Of a stretch of 64,000 bases of DNA, positions 42,647 to 58,079 are shown one piece after another (within the stretch, counting starts at the first letter, position 1; the number at the start of each line of letters is the position of its first letter). The stretch is from the NCBI GenBank assembly GCA_964016885.1, contig OZ024743.1, positions 31,372,001-31,436,000 of the forward strand, read 5' to 3'. Below the pieces are notes generated by a model, which was given only the letters and a program-made list of their open reading frames with translations, had not been told where the DNA came from and did no database searches. Both the position numbers and the translations under genes were made by a program. Origin of the DNA: Eledone cirrhosa. Its lineage: Eukaryota.

Positions 42647-43330
42647 TACTCTTTTATTCTTCTACCTGTTCCAGCTATTCGGCTGAGGTCATGCTAGGAC
42701 ACCACCCTTGTTGCTAAACGTCCCATCTCCAGCCTGTGTTGGCTGGCCATTGATGTAAGACGGACTTCGTTGCTGTTGCGCTTAGGTTACCTTCGTACAG
42801 TGATGTGGGCTCATCTGGGATCCTGGATAGCAGAGTGTCAAGATGTTTCTTGAAAATATCCACGTCCTAACCATGCAGATCCCTCAAATTTCTGGGCAAC
42901 CTGTTGAAGAGTTGAGGGCCTTTGAACACCAGGCTATTGCAATAACTTCTTATTCTTGATGTGAAAGTCGGGACCTTTGGCACCACATAGTGACGTCCTG
43001 CTCGGGGGTTGGTCTAGCTCTCATTGCCAAAGATTGGTTCACGTTCCTCCAAGCTTTTCCGTATGTATATCACTGCGTATCTCCAATGAGTAGAATCTAG
43101 TCCTTTTAGTCTCTTCCAGTAGCTCATCTCCTTCATCGTGGCAATCCTCTTGGTGTAGCTTCGTTCGATTGCCTCAAGCTCCGTGGTTAGTTGGATTCTA
43201 TGGGGTGACCACAGTTGGAAGCAGTAGTCCAATCGGGTTAGGACAAACGTCCTCCATAGTATCAACATGGTCTCTCGTTCCCGTGTCCGGAAAGTCTTCA
43301 AGATCCAGCCAGTAAATCGCCTGTACATTG
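42647..43330 (-). mobile_element. LINE family 2 3' fragment, decayed
   Basis: GWILKTFRTR...RLDYCFQLWSP...LEAIERSYTK; the 3' part aligns with 30821-31284. Confidence 0.85.
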
Positions 43331-44179
43331 TCAAACACTTATGATGTTTGAAGAAAAAGATGCATCGTCGTTCATGACTAACCCCTGGTCTTGTATCGAT
43401 TTCGACACGGGGATATACATATGATTTAATATAGAAATGTTTTCTACATTTATATTTATTCATTTATTTATATATATGCACGACGAGAACAAACACCTAA
43501 AAGTATATATAAATTTAGGATTTCTTCCCAGTAACATTAAGAATGTCACATCTCACATTTCGATATTGTTGATTTATTGTCATTCCGTGTGGTTTTTAAT
43601 CTCACAAGGTGTTTTGCAATATATTTGAATTGGTTCGATTTAAAATTTAAGATTGAACACGGTTTATTTATATTTTGTTGTTTACAATGTCCTACATTCA
43701 GCGCATGATAAAATTGGTTGTAAAGAATATATTGTCTTTCATTTCCTACTCTGTCTTATTTCCTTTTCTGTGTTATGCCTGTTGAAAATCCAACACGTAT
43801 TTGATTCCATTCTAATGAATCGGATTTCATATAGCAATTCTGTATTGACACTTCATTATGGTGTTAATTAATAGCAGTAATGTATCGACAAATGTGAAAG
43901 TTTCGAATAAAAACAAAACATTGCCTCGTTAATAAATGGATTAAGCCTCGAAAATCATACTAGTTATTACGATTTCAGTGAAATGGAAGAAAGGTTTTTT
44001 TGTTTTAATTTAATGAAGTTACATTTAATAAAGTTACGGGAAGCGTTACAAAAACGCATGAAGTTTGGTAGGAACTCCCACCTGAGTTCAACATTGATTT
44101 ATTCGTTATAGAAGAGGTCGGGAACCGCTGACTAGCGTTTGTTGGAAATACCAATAAACTTGAAAGGTCATGCTACATT

Positions 44180-44290
44180 CAATTGTTTCTACTTTTGCCA
44201 CAATGTCAGCAAATACATCAGTGTATTACTGGTACTTTATTTTATCGACCTCGTCAAGATGAAAGGCAAAGTTAACCTCGCCGAGATTTA
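44180..44290 (-). mobile_element. SINE fragment (9686 family)
   Basis: actggtactttattttatcgacc...gatgaaaggcaaagttaacctcg. Confidence 0.75.
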
Positions 44291-44672
44291 TTCAGTTGGA
44301 TTCTCCAAAGTCGTATACATCGAATGTAGTTATATTATAACCCAAAATCCATATTAGCGAGTGTTAAAACATATAGTAACCAAAAACGTTACACTATTAC
44401 AAACTCAAAGTAAAGAATATCACTACATTATTCTGTATTTCTTTCTACGTCGAGGTTAGAAAGGACATAATTCAACCATGTTAAAGCGAATGCATGTATA
44501 TTCATACTAATTAGCTCATATAACTGTGATCTCACTTCACCTCTCTCCCTCTCCCGTTCTCTATCTCTCTTCATTACAATCTATCTATCTACTTCTTCCC
44601 TTCTCTCTCTTTCCTCTCTATATTTCTTTCTTCCCACCTGCCTATCTATTTCTGCACATTTCTGACACTTTT

Positions 44673-44726
<54 letters not shown>

Positions 44727-45876
44727 CACACTCTCGCTCTTTGACAATAAAAACGTGTATCCAAAATAATGTATTATTGGATAAATTATGCAAGGAAAAT
44801 TTCGGATGATCACAGGCTGACGCGAGGTAATGTAACAACAACATGTCCTACCCAGACGCTGCTCTGCTTCGTTAATTCCTTTGTTTTACTTCAGTTTTTT
44901 GTTTTCTAGAATATTTCCCTCCATCGCTAGTGTTAATGGAGCATCTAAGTTGATAAACATATGATTATAAATGCCGTGACATCGCCGCTGAGCATAGTTT
45001 AGCAATATTCCGAGTCCCGTGCATAATATCTAATTAGAAAGCTAAAGCATCTAATGAAATTAAATGCAAATTATTCACAATTCTACGTGTTTTAGCTAGA
45101 CTGAAACATATGCTAATTTTCTGTAATGCATGCTCCTTGATATTAACAATATTTTAAAGAAGTTGTTACTGGATTATTGTGTTTAAAGTAAGTGGTAGGC
45201 CAAATGATTAATGATGAGGAAATTAGTATTATACCCTTAGAAAGACATGTTTTGAAATGTTTATGACAATGAATTGTATTTATATAATCGATGTAAAAAC
45301 ATATGGCGTCTACAACCAGATTTAAGCAACGAAACATCATATTCTGAATAAATAAAGTACATTTGTCAATTCCATTATTTTTTTTCTGATGTAAGCAATT
45401 AGAATCATACGTTAAAATGCCGTTTCAAACACAGTACTATTGATATGCAGTTACCAGACGCCATAAGTGTCTTCAATTAGCAAGAAATGCTACTCTTGTC
45501 GGCTTTACGCACGAGAGACTTCAACAACCGCTTCGTTTTATGATACCAGAACCTACAATACCAAAGACAGAAAGATGTCTATTAATAGCAATTCAATTGT
45601 GTTTTATTATTCTGGTTGTGTAGTTATAAGATGAAAGCTATTTTAATTATGATATTCATTTGTAATAATTTCAAAAAATATTTCAAAAGTAATACTGAAG
45701 ACAGACCCTGCTAAATATATAAGGAAATATAGACTATTGAGAATGTTGTTAGACGAATCTTCTAACCGTAACGTTCTCCAAGTAGAGTATTTCAAAGCTA
45801 ATAAAACTTTACGTATAATATCATTGTAATTTCATTGTAAAATTTCTCTTTTCAATTGTTATCGATTATATCTATA

Positions 45877-45922
<46 letters not shown>

Positions 45923-45927
<5 letters not shown>

Positions 45928-46200
45928 CGGGTAAAATTCCCGAGATCCATGGACTAGTTCTCTCCAGCCGTCTCTGTCCCTCATTATCGCTGCCATGTCC
46001 TGCGTCTCCAAGAGACCAGTGTTTTTGTCCTTAAGGCATCAACATATTTTAACCTCGGTCTTCCTCTTCCAGTGTGACCACACAGGGGCTCCCACAGGAT
46101 CACTGAGTGCAGTGTCAACTCCGGTTGTCGGTGAGGATGTCCATCTAACCTCAGTCTCCTATGTGTCACTTTCGAGCTGATTTGGGGAGGCTACCTTACA
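45923..46200 (-). mobile_element. 3' fragment of the RTE family at 27061-30333
   Basis: [24 protein letters not shown]; same terminus ttttacccgcc next to (TA)n. Confidence 0.9.
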
Positions 46201-47609
46201 GTTCTGTGTGTGTTTAACTATATATATATATATATATTTATATATGGGAGGGGGTGCAAGCATATGTATATGTGTGCAGAGAGAGGGGGGGGATAGAGGG
46301 AGAGAAAGTGAGAGAATGATTCTGGAAGATCCAAACTTATATAGTTAAACGCAATGATATTTCATCACATCATCAAATCAATATGTTTTTATGAGAAGTA
46401 GTATTTGTAGCAACAGCAGCTGTTTAATTATGTTCTAAATCTCAACCAGCCTGAGCTAGGTTGTACTTGAGAACTCTAGAATTTGCTATAAGTAAATAAC
46501 AATAGGTAACCATTTAAATATTTCTAGAAGGATTTAGACTAGGATATGAGGCTGAATAAATATATATAAACATAACTGATCGATTGTCGCTCTTTAACTG
46601 TCACTGATCACTTCCCTACGTAACTTTCTCACAATAGCTCAATCCAAATGTTCACCGTGAGGTGCAAAATCTATTGGATTGGTAACATAGACTGCGACAT
46701 GTAGTTTACAGTAGTGCGTTCAAACCCTTCACATAAACACATACTGATCTCTATAAATCACATTGTATTGATCAGAATCATTGTGAATTTGATACAAATA
46801 TCTACGCAGTGATTATATTTTCATAATTAAAATGAAACGATTTTGAAGTATCAGCGCTGCCGCAATTGTACATTATTTGATTTTTTAAGTGCATGTACTA
46901 CAATTGTTGCTCATACTGAAATAATAATCATTGCAAAAGAGAATTGTATACGCTTCCGGGATTTTAATAATTTAAAGAGTGTCATAAAAAAATTGTGACT
47001 ATGTTTGGATATTTTTTAAAGAGAGGGTGCAGGACAGAATATACCATAAATACTGTAGCTTGTGAACTGGTGATAAATTTTCTATACCATATTTCAATAC
47101 TTATATTGATTTCGTTCATTAAAGGTTTTATCAATTTCAAACGAAATATATTTAAATGTACCACAATTAAATTATGAGTTCTGGAATATGGAAATAAAAG
47201 TTCTAATTGAAAGGAAACTAATTTCATGAGTATTTACATAAAATATATATTAGAAGAAAATATTCAAATTATTACATTGATATTTTGACTTCAATCATAA
47301 AACGACTGTTTACTGTATGAAATAATTTACGTAATAGAAAACAAATTAAAAATGAATCCAGATTATTCTATTCAAATGTTAATAGAAATACAAAGAAAAC
47401 AATGTGTTATGTGGATGTTTCTGTTGTAACATTCGAATTACAGCTATGATATTCCAAGATTCAATTCCAACTACATAGATACCAACTAAAAGTAATTTCA
47501 AGCTGTTTAATGGTGCAGATTATATGTAGGTGTATGTACTCATGTGTGCATATGTACACGTGTGTAGATGCATGTGTTTGTGTGTGTACCTGCGTGTAGC
47601 TTTATATAT

Positions 47610-47651
<42 letters not shown>

Positions 47652-47749
47652 GTAAGTATAATTTTAATGTATGATTGCTAATGATAACTACTACACCTAT
47701 CCCTCATTCATAAACGCTAATCAGGTATTGATCATATCATTATTAACTG

Positions 47750-48400
47750 CAGCTTGTGGTTTATATAGATTTTATACTGAGGTTGGTTTAGAAAGTGAGA
47801 TTTTATACAGAAACATTCAACAGTGAGATGATTAGATTTTCGTGTAGAACTAAGTGTCGCAATTATTTAGATTTTTGGTGGTGATAGGATTGTACTATTA
47901 GTGTGTTCGCAATGATTTAGATCTGTTTGTAGGTTCTTCTTAATATAGATGGATATGTTATTAGCATGAGGAGTGTATAGCTTGTTGTGATAGCTCCATT
48001 ATTAACTCAAAGTAAAGGTTGATAGAATGTGTTATACTTAAGAGGAGTTTGTTGGGCTTGTATCAACAAGCAAACGCTCCATAATTAGATTTACCTTTGC
48101 TGTTCCAAACCTGCACTAAAGAACTATTTGTTACGTAGCTGCATAACGTTTTATACCAAACGACCAAAGTCATCAATAATGAGTTGAAACATTTTCACAA
48201 ATCAAATTTAATTAGACGATGTTTTGAAAACGGGACAGCTCCTAATACACAATGTCAATATATTCGTCAATTCTGGCTTCACATTGATAGAATGGAATCT
48301 GAAATTGTTTCCAGAAATTATGATGTGATGCTGATCATACCTGAACCCAATGTAAATGTTATGAACATATATTCTAAAGTACATTCATTGTAGCCACGTG
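47750..48400 (-). pseudogene. Possible very old PLE RT remnant
   Basis: Traces in the expected order across frames (ANI-like, DD..VVW, SI.FT.E, KPT). No open frame. Confidence 0.25.
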
Positions 48401-49957
48401 TGTGACTCTAAAAGCACAACATCCGTTCATTTTACAATACGCGACACTTATGTTAATAAAAGTAAGTTGAATTGGAATTATTCACATAGAATTTAATAGA
48501 ATAATATTGTAACTGTGTGTTCCTTTCTTGCCGTACGTCATTTGACAAGGTTTATGGGTAAATGAATTAACTCTGTTCTATTAAAAATGTTCTTTCGATT
48601 CTACTGTTGCGAATTCATGGTCCATCACAGACATATTCAAGCTGTGTCGATATTATCTTTTCAGAAATATAGTATCTGAGTATATTTATAAGTGGCTCCC
48701 ACGTTAACGTAATTCAGGTCTCATATAGTGGTGGGGGATTTAAAATGAAATATGATGAATGGGAGTACGATGTCAGTATTTCATAATCATTTAAAACTAC
48801 CAACGGCCTAAGTGTTTGTCTCTCGTAACCATCCCCAATGGTGTGTGATACTCAAATATATACCTTAATATCAGGGAACCTTAAATTAATAACTATAAAT
48901 GCAGTCTTGATTAGGTATGCATTAACAGACTACGATTTCTCTGGTAGTAAAACTACTTTCCTTCGGGAGTTGTTTTAACCTGATATGTATTAATCAATAC
49001 TAACTAATCAATAACATCTCCCAGATATAAATATATAGTTCCAGGTGGCTAAATAATGAATTGAAATGTTACATTTTACGCATTTATTGAAAGCAACATT
49101 TCTACGGAAACGTCCTTCAGGTAGTATAAATAGGTCAACGAATTAGTCGATGAATATAGACCATTTTATGTCAAGCCATTAAAATATCGATTCTACATTA
49201 AACGAAACTGTTTTAGGCGATGAGGAAGTATATAAATGGGCGTCATTATAATATTGGTGACTTTTCTCCCAATGCTAGTGAATTGAATGATAACATTTTA
49301 ACACACAAATAGCAAGGATAGTATGAATTTCATTTGATGATTAAATCAATAAATATATATTTTACACTCGTGAATGATAACCGATGAACCAAGAGTATAC
49401 GTATACTGTAGAACGCTATCTACAAAACGTTGGTCGAGTCTAACATACTGAATCTAGTGATATATTCCTGATCTCAATAGAATAATTTCTTCATGACACA
49501 AGCGGTATTTATAAATCTATAGATATCGCTAGAATTATTGGTTTATCTGCCAACGTCAAGATTTTGTTTTAAGCCTCATCAACGACAATGAAACTAACCT
49601 CTCTAGTTTTGTGTGTAGGAAATTAACCTGGTGTCTTTTTGCATGTTAACTTATTCCCGAGATCGCTATAAATACACAGCATTTGGGTCAAATCTTGGCC
49701 TATTAGTTGCGCAATGATAGACTGGATCTGCACAGGCACCCGTCGTTTAGGTATATACGTATGTGTGTGCTATTTTGAGGTATTTCTGTTGTTCTACGAA
49801 TAATTCAATGAGATTATTAAGAACATGGAAATATGGTTTCTATGTCTGAAGGATATTTTAGGAATTGCTACATATAAGAGTTCGTCTATACATATATATG
49901 CATGTAATTTCACATCCTCTTGTAGGGTGGACACGTGCAATCAATACATCATTATTA

Positions 49958-50090
49958 ACGTCCCTTTACGGATTGAGTTCAAATCCCGTCGAGGTTAACT
50001 TTGCCTTTCATCCTTACGGGGTCGATAAAATAAAGTACCAGTAATGTACTGGTGAATTGTTGGCCTTGTGCCAAAAGTAGAAACAATTAT
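49958..50090 (+). mobile_element. SINE copy, 5'-truncated
   Basis: gagttcaaatccc, then core and tail nearly identical to 9771-9868. Confidence 0.85.
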
Positions 50091-52239
50091 TATTTGTGTG
50101 TGCATATCTCTTCAGGTATAACACTGTCATGCTAGGGATTATATGCATATTTTCCTTGTAGAAATACCCAATTACATTCCACTCTATCAGGCATGTTTAT
50201 ACCTACATACATACATATTAAATGCATAGATATGTAGGTAATCTATTTATGCAAGCATGCTTGTATGGTTAAACAGATGGATGTTTATATACAAGTGTAG
50301 TTGGGTGATAATGAACATGTGTACTCTGGTAAATCCTGTTGCATACATGGCCGGATAACCGGCTACCAATTATCCCGCTTAAGAGAGAGAGTCATATATG
50401 GACGCACTGTTGGTTTGACAACAGTATCCAGAAAGATGGGTACAAGCCAGCGTCGTCTCAATTGTATTCACATGGACATTTAATAAGTATAAGTATTCTT
50501 ACTTTAAACTAGTGGAGTTGGTTCTCTCTGAACATGTTTCTTCGTTTCTACTTATGGGTTTTAATATTTAGAGATTTGAATTCATGTTGCATATGAATTT
50601 GTTGTTATATCATTTGGTGCGTGGCTGTGCTTTCGTATTATATTTCATCATGTGGGTTAGAGTTCAGCCTTCTTGCAAGTACATCTTTATTACGAACGTA
50701 TGTATTGTTATTATTATATCCCCGCATCTCTACATTCTTGGAACACGAAAGCTCAGTTGTTGATGCTCTGGTAGCTCATTGACAAACTTACACTCATTGG
50801 TATATGTGAGCGGTGGCACGTATACCAACTGATGTGATGAGATCGGGAAGACTACAAATCAGGGGAGTACTCTATGCATGGGAAAAACAGTGTGTAAAGA
50901 GGAAGCTACATCCCAACCGCTATGTCAAAAGGTTTCTACATATATTCGGCAAGCCGAAGGTGTACTCATAAGGTTGTTGTTGTTGTTCATGTTGTTGTTT
51001 ATGTTGTGATCTGAAAATTGATGACTCTACAAACAGTTGAAACAATTATTTTAACTGAAAACCTAGGTCACATATGTTGAATTAAAAGTTTGAGCCCGGT
51101 GCCCCATCATGGACATGGCTCAATTACCCAAGCGATAAAAGCTGATACTGAGTGTGCGCGTGCGTGCGTATGTGTTCGTGCGTGTGCACATACGCGTGAT
51201 TAAATAGTTAAAGAAGTGATGGAGACATATAGTAAATCCGATTTATTAATTTCAATATGACAGTCTTCAGTGCGAAATCGATAGAATATTCCATGTAATT
51301 ATCAGGATACAAGGCCAGAAGATAAGGCGCATAATATTTAGATTCTTGCTATGCAGTATTATATTGGAATAGCAATTTATCTGGGATATAGTGGAATATG
51401 TTGTAATAATTTATAGTCATAGTTGATGAAGATAATAATTTTAACCAGCGGAATTCAATACAAGTGACAAAGCACGAATGTTTATTTCTCTGACATTTTG
51501 TGTAAAATATTGCTTCACTTGAAATCAGCCATTGGCAAATGTTGCTCATAGTCATTCTAGCTTAATCAACTTAAGTAATATAATACAGAGCAGCTTGTGC
51601 TGTAGGCATATATTTTATTCGAACTTACTTTAGTATTTAGATATCTTAATCCTAGTGATTTAACGTCTAGGTATATATGGGAAATGCATTTTATTACGTT
51701 TTGTATGATAATCATGTTTCTCCGAAATATTTAAGTATTTAAGTAAACGATTTCGAAACAGAAGTAAAAACGCATTTAGAATAGATGTTAATAACCATAC
51801 ACTAAAGGGGTAAATATTTTTCTTTAGATGCGTTTCCACAATGTAGTTATTTCTCTTAGAATCACGTTCAGCGTTCAGCTTAATGTCCGCGCGAGTAATG
51901 TAATTTCAGACTTTTCAGATATGTGTCTGGTTTGAATTACAAGGAGACCCACAACTATAAATAATCATTTCATGACATATATGTCTTACACATTGAATAT
52001 TTCGTTCGATTCTTGACAGAATACAGTTCACTACTGATGCATATCTTTCTATAGAATAGAGTATTCCAGCTGCTCTCGCACAACAAATTGAGATGTTTAG
52101 GTCTATGTTCATATATTAAACATACATTTATTTGTCGATCTCCGTATATTTATTTTATATTTGCCTCATTCGTTCATTTACGAATATATGTTATATAATA
52201 AATTATCTCCACCCCTTTCTCTCCCTCGTCATATCTCAC

Positions 52240-52269
<30 letters not shown>

Positions 52270-52270
<1 letters not shown>

Positions 52271-52456
52271 AACAAGTATGACCCAGACGGCAGAGCTCAA
52301 GCCGTTTCGACGGCTAATTTGAGAATTAGCCGTCGAAACGGCCTGAGTTCTGCTTCGGAGTGAGTCATACTTGTTCCTATTACCCACTCTACTAACCTAA
52401 GTATTGAGTACTTTGGTGCGTTATAGTCCATCTGGTTCCTTGCCACATTTCCTTCG

Positions 52457-52459
<3 letters not shown>
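52270..52459. mobile_element. Hairpin mini-element with one-sided tail in (TA)n
   Basis: Inverted arms 52270-52319 and 52324-52376 (19-bp perfect core, 13-bp perfect outer ends) and tail 52377-52459. Confidence 0.75.
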
Positions 52460-52519
<60 letters not shown>

Positions 52520-52523
52520 CACA

Positions 52524-52611
<88 letters not shown>

Positions 52612-52615
52612 CACA

Positions 52616-52690
<75 letters not shown>

Positions 52691-55600
52691 CTTATACAAG
52701 CATATATTTGCAAATCAACGAACGTGACCCATACAAGATAAATAATGGAATTTCCATAGTAGGCATCCTTTAAAACAACTGATCTTGATTAGTAATTTTT
52801 ATACAATATATTTGATAAACTATTATATTCCTATGTATGTATTTGAACCGAGAGAAAGAGAGAGGGCGAGTGAGAGATCAACAGGGATTGACATCAAATT
52901 AAGGTTGAATTAGGATAAAACACAGTTTATAAATTTCAATCTACCTCATTTAAGAGACGTTGTCATTTAATCCAATATAGGTTGTGTTATGTAAAGCAGA
53001 TGTTTGTACACGGCACGGGAATATATATAGAACACCGTCAGTGACCTACCACAAATTGTGTGAGGAAACGTTTGACACAAAAGAAATGTATGACACATTA
53101 AATGTGAATTTAACTGTTTGTTGATGATTTGAATGACTAAAATGACTCTTCCCTCGGGGAAATTACATTTGTTTCAATATATGGCTTCATATGCGTTGCC
53201 AAACAAGTACAACTCAAATATTCCGCTACGTTCAGTCAAACTATAGAACGACTGAGACGATAAAATCACTAAATAGGAAAACAATTAAAGAAAACTTTCT
53301 ATCGTGAAAAGTATGTATATACTTATATATATAACGTTTGAAGAGCTCTGTTTTCGGTAAAAGTTTGGATGTAACAAGCTAATTAGATATATACAGCGTA
53401 GGATATTGAGAGAACAAGAGAGACTGAGATGGATAGATATATAGATAGATAGATAGTTAGATAGAGAGAGACTTTTATCCAAATACCTCAGCGCAATAGT
53501 AGGCAGAAGGAAAGTATTAAAATGAAATAAACCCACAATTTGGATTAGTAACGTATATTACGTTGCTATTATGGGATTAAAACTAATTTTCCATTCGAAA
53601 ATTGAATATTATGGTGGTAACTTGTTGGGTGTGGGTGAAGACAGATAGTTTTAGAAAATATTTTTATACATGTTCGTGTGTATAAATTTATTTATTCAGC
53701 ATAAACGTACCAATGCGTATTATATGACTCATTTCTTCTATAATTGTATCAAACATAGAAGTGAAAATGAAATAAAAATTGACGCTTATTATTACTAGAA
53801 CTCATAAATATGATTTGTTATTTCCACATGCAAATACATATGGATGATGTGTTCAAGTATTTGTAGTGTAGGAAATTCTAATAGCAAATAGGTTTTTACA
53901 AACTTTTATTCCACAAAATGTTTAGTTTTCTATTTTTTCCGCCTAAGAGTAAAATGTCAGTTATATAATAGAATTCTAAAACTAAAAACTATGAATTTGA
54001 AAATAAATTAAGATTACCGGAAAGCATATAAACGTATTTACATTAATTTAACCCACGTTATACATGAAAATAGGAAGTTATATGAGTTCGTCTGCAAGTA
54101 TAGGGGTCTTTTCGTTGGAAAGAACACTATATACTCGTAAAAGAACTAACATATTTTTCAACTATGACGAGAAGGTATGTCTCCATAACGCTTATAATAA
54201 CATTGTCATAGCATTAGAAATATGCTGTTTTTATGGTTTCGATCGCCACAAATTTCAATTCATGTTCTCATCATATAGAATAACGAAGTTTGTGAAAGAG
54301 TAATAATCGGATGCATCTGAAAACTACCTATACGAGTATATAATGATATCATTAAACAAAACAAATATCTTCAACTGAAATATTGGCAATGAAATAAGAG
54401 AAATTAAATGCATATTCCAGTCTTTCGTAAATATATTAATTCGTCGGAATGCTGATGCCAGGTTCAAACACAAATGTGTGTGATAGCAAAGCCAATCGTA
54501 AGACACTCCGTCATGGAAGAGTATAATACAAAGTAGGAATCAATCAACAGCAGATAACACTCGATGCAACTACTGTTGTTACTTAAGTTTCAAAGCATGA
54601 GGACACAGACCAATGTTACAACTGCATGATAACCACCGACTCCCTACCAAAGATGGCCTAGAAAAACAAGACAACTGAAATATTCTAAACAATAAGCAAT
54701 GAACACATATTTGTGGAGGGATCACCTTCCTGCGTCAGATTCGACCAAAGGTGTGAGGTGTTTCTTATACATCAGCTAAACGTGACACTGTGTAAGAAGT
54801 GAGACCTGTAGAAAAGTGAATATCAAATGCATATCAATAAAGCCCTTAGCTGAATAACTTGAAATCCCCTGCTGACTAATGGCACTCGACTATATTCTGC
54901 AACAAAGCACGTTGGAGAGTAATTTCATCTTCTTAAGCACCACAGTTTAAAGTTTGAAACTGATGGATAATCTCACCAGCGTACTTTTGTAATAGTAAAG
55001 TCTTGTTTGTTCATCTGTTTAGTCAGATATCTCTTTTAAGAAAATATTTTGAAATGGGAATAAATTCTTTGCAGCGTTTAATTATGAAAGGAAGATACTG
55101 CATGGATTTTTCTTGGAAAGAAATCCCAGATAGGAGCAACTGCCCAGGCGGAAAAATTATGCCAGGGACATTATATTTCATGATCCACTACATGTATAAT
55201 AGCAATTCTTTTTTATTAGGTCGGAGTTTGTTAGCATTATTCTAAAGGTAAACTAATTTATCATTGCTTCTATTCTCGTCATACACAACTGTGATAAGAA
55301 TACAAATTATTTTACATCTGAGATGCTACATAATTAATAGATGTTTGTTATTTTATTTTGCGTTTAGATATATGTAAAGTCCTAATGTAATGAATGTGTC
55401 TATAATATTCCTTCCTAAGCTTTTCATTCATTTCACTCTCTTGAATTCTGTCTTTGAATGTCTATATTAGGTTTAAAACTCGTATGTATCTATTCAAATA
55501 ACCTGATATTCTTGTCTTAAGTTTTCTCCTTTACATCTTGTTGTGCAATTTTTTTTTATCTGAATGGCATAGCAATCTTTTCAGTGTACCCGCGTAATGT

Positions 55601-55885
55601 CTTCTGCGACGCCGTGAGCAGTATATCTCGTTGTTTAATACGGTGATATTTTTTATGTAAGAAATGGTTCATGATTCTAATATAATAAGTGTATCCATGT
55701 CCGCCCTGGTTTAGCATTTACACTTATTACGGCCAGATAGAAAAGCGGCCGAGACATTAGAGCCTCTTGGAAAATTCGCCTTCGAAGATGAAGGAAGTTG
55801 TTTTATAATTCTCAATTATTTGCCTGTAGATTTGTTTCTCATTTACCCATTAAGTATTTAATATATCATATTATTATTACTGTAA

Positions 55886-56106
55886 TGAGGGTGATGTATT
55901 GGCAGTATCTGTAGAGCGTCAGACACCATGCCTTGTAGCATATAGCTATGGCCCTTTATGTTCCGAGTTCAAATCCCACTGAGGTTAGCTTTGCCTTTCA
56001 TCCTTACGGGGTCGATAGAATAAAGCACCAATAATGCACTAGAGTGGATTTAATAGACTTTTCCCTCCACTTCAAATTGCTGGCCTTGTGTCTAAAGTAG
56101 AAACGA
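55886..56106 (+). mobile_element. Full-length SINE copy with TSD
   Basis: Same core. TSD ttattattactg(t/c)aa at 55871-55885 and 56107-56121. Confidence 0.85.
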
Positions 56107-57214
56107 TTATTATTACTGCAACGTTACTCAAGGGTAATATATTCAGGATTCACCTGTGATGAACGATATTAAACACCTTCAAGTAATCAACCAAGTTCCA
56201 ACCGCAGACCTTCCTTCCTCCTGCAAGAATCTTCGGATATTTAAATTTTCGTGATTTGCGTCAATGTGTGCCGTTGCAACAAACACATTTAGGAATCGGT
56301 AAAACCAGACCCAAGCAGCAAATGTATTATATCTCAATATTAACATTCAGTAAACACGTTTCTCTGTTAGAGATATATTTCAACACCATCATGCAATTTA
56401 TATTAGAAATGTTGTTTCGCCAATATTTCAAACTCAGGGCGTATTTATTGCAACCAGAAAAATACGCCGTGTTCATTATTTTCCGAGTCAAGCAAGATGA
56501 GCGGGTTAAAAAACAATTATTAAACTCGAAAATGGCATTGTAACATGCATCAATCAGCTCAACATATCAAACAATATATGCATATTATAGAATGAAGAAA
56601 TTTTGAAGAAATTAGCCCCCAAGATTCGAAATTGTTTGGTAAAATCAAACATTTGCATATTTGGTATTCTTCTACTTTGGTTTTGTCAGTTACTGTCAAG
56701 AGCGCTGCTACGAGGGTAAAATATTTAACTAGATTATTCGTGCATCTAAATTACCTGACTTCAGTCAAATATTTATGTCTCGGGAGGAGTTTCTAATGCA
56801 ACTCAATTTCTTTTACACGTGTATTAAATCAAGAATATTCCATTTAAAATAGTATATATATATATTCTTCCAGGAATCCCTATCAGCAATATTTCTTTAT
56901 CCATGCTTATGCACCGTTGTAATTTTTTTATGTTCGATTCTATTTCAATGTATTTTAAAAGCATTATAAATCAATAACTGATTCACTGCATCTGCAGTAA
57001 ATGTCATTTGGGGTTAAGATAATTGCTCATAATCTACATGTTGGAAATCCTATTTTGTTTCATTCTTCTTTGATGCTCTCAATGTAAGAATAATAAAATA
57101 GTAATTTTTTACCTTTATCTTATGACATCCGTTTCGCGATAATTCTCTGAAACACTTTACATTTTTCCTTTATTATTTCTTCGGGCATATACAGTCAGAT
57201 AATTATTTGTTGTT

Positions 57215-57613
57215 GTTGTGATACTGTATTGGCAGAATCAGGAAAACGTCGAGCAAAATGCTTTTCACCATTTGATCCGACCCTGGATTCAAATCTCGTC
57301 GAGATCAACTTTATTTTAAAGAACTGCGGAGGATGAAAAGCAAAGTTGTGTACTGAGGATGAGTCACTATAGTCGACATTTTCCTTCTCTTAAAATTGTA
57401 GGCGTACTGCACAGATTAGAGATCATTATTGTCACAAATTGGCAGTATCGGCAGAGGGTCGGACGCCATACTTTCCAATCATAGTTACGTCCCTTTACGG
57501 TCTGAGTTCAAATCCCGTCAAGGTTAACTTGCCGTTCATCCTTACCGTGTCGATAAAATAAAGTACCAGTAATGAACTGAGTAATTTCTGGCTTTGTGCC
57601 AAACGTAGACACA
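57215..57613 (+). mobile_element. Two tandem SINE copies (old 57215-57430, younger 57436-57613)
   Basis: Two heads, ttggcagaatc and ttggcagtatc. TSD attatt(g/a)tcac at 57425-57435 and 57614-57624. Confidence 0.75.
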
Positions 57614-58079
57614 ATTATTATCACCGACGAGTTGTATATTACGCCTGTAAGATTAGAAGAAAAAATATCGTTTTTCCTTGAATAGTTTTATTCTTTTTGA
57701 AGGTTTCTGACTATCGTATAAAGAGGCTGATCCGTTAATATTTCTTGAGTATTTCTCTATTGAATTTCAAATTAATGTTTTCCTTCAATATCAATGATGA
57801 TACTTGACAAAAATGTTAAACGTTTATGTAGCGGATTGTAAAGAAGTCGGGGGGGAGGGTAAAGGCTTTACCCGAGGAGAAACCCTATGTGAGGAATACC
57901 GAGCGATGATATATCAAATGTCGGTGACATTAAATGTTGTAAGGATAAGCAGCATTAATATTAGTGCCACGTCTAAACCTCTTATGGGTACTACAATTGG
58001 CATCTCATCAGACAATAGATCATGATTAGGTAACTATTTACTACGCCAAAATTCAACGAACAAGATCATCAATAAAGCG

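Noticed and set aside
44780-44935. Second Helitron end (ctag at ~44927)
   Set aside because: No convincing subterminal hairpin or matching 5' end.
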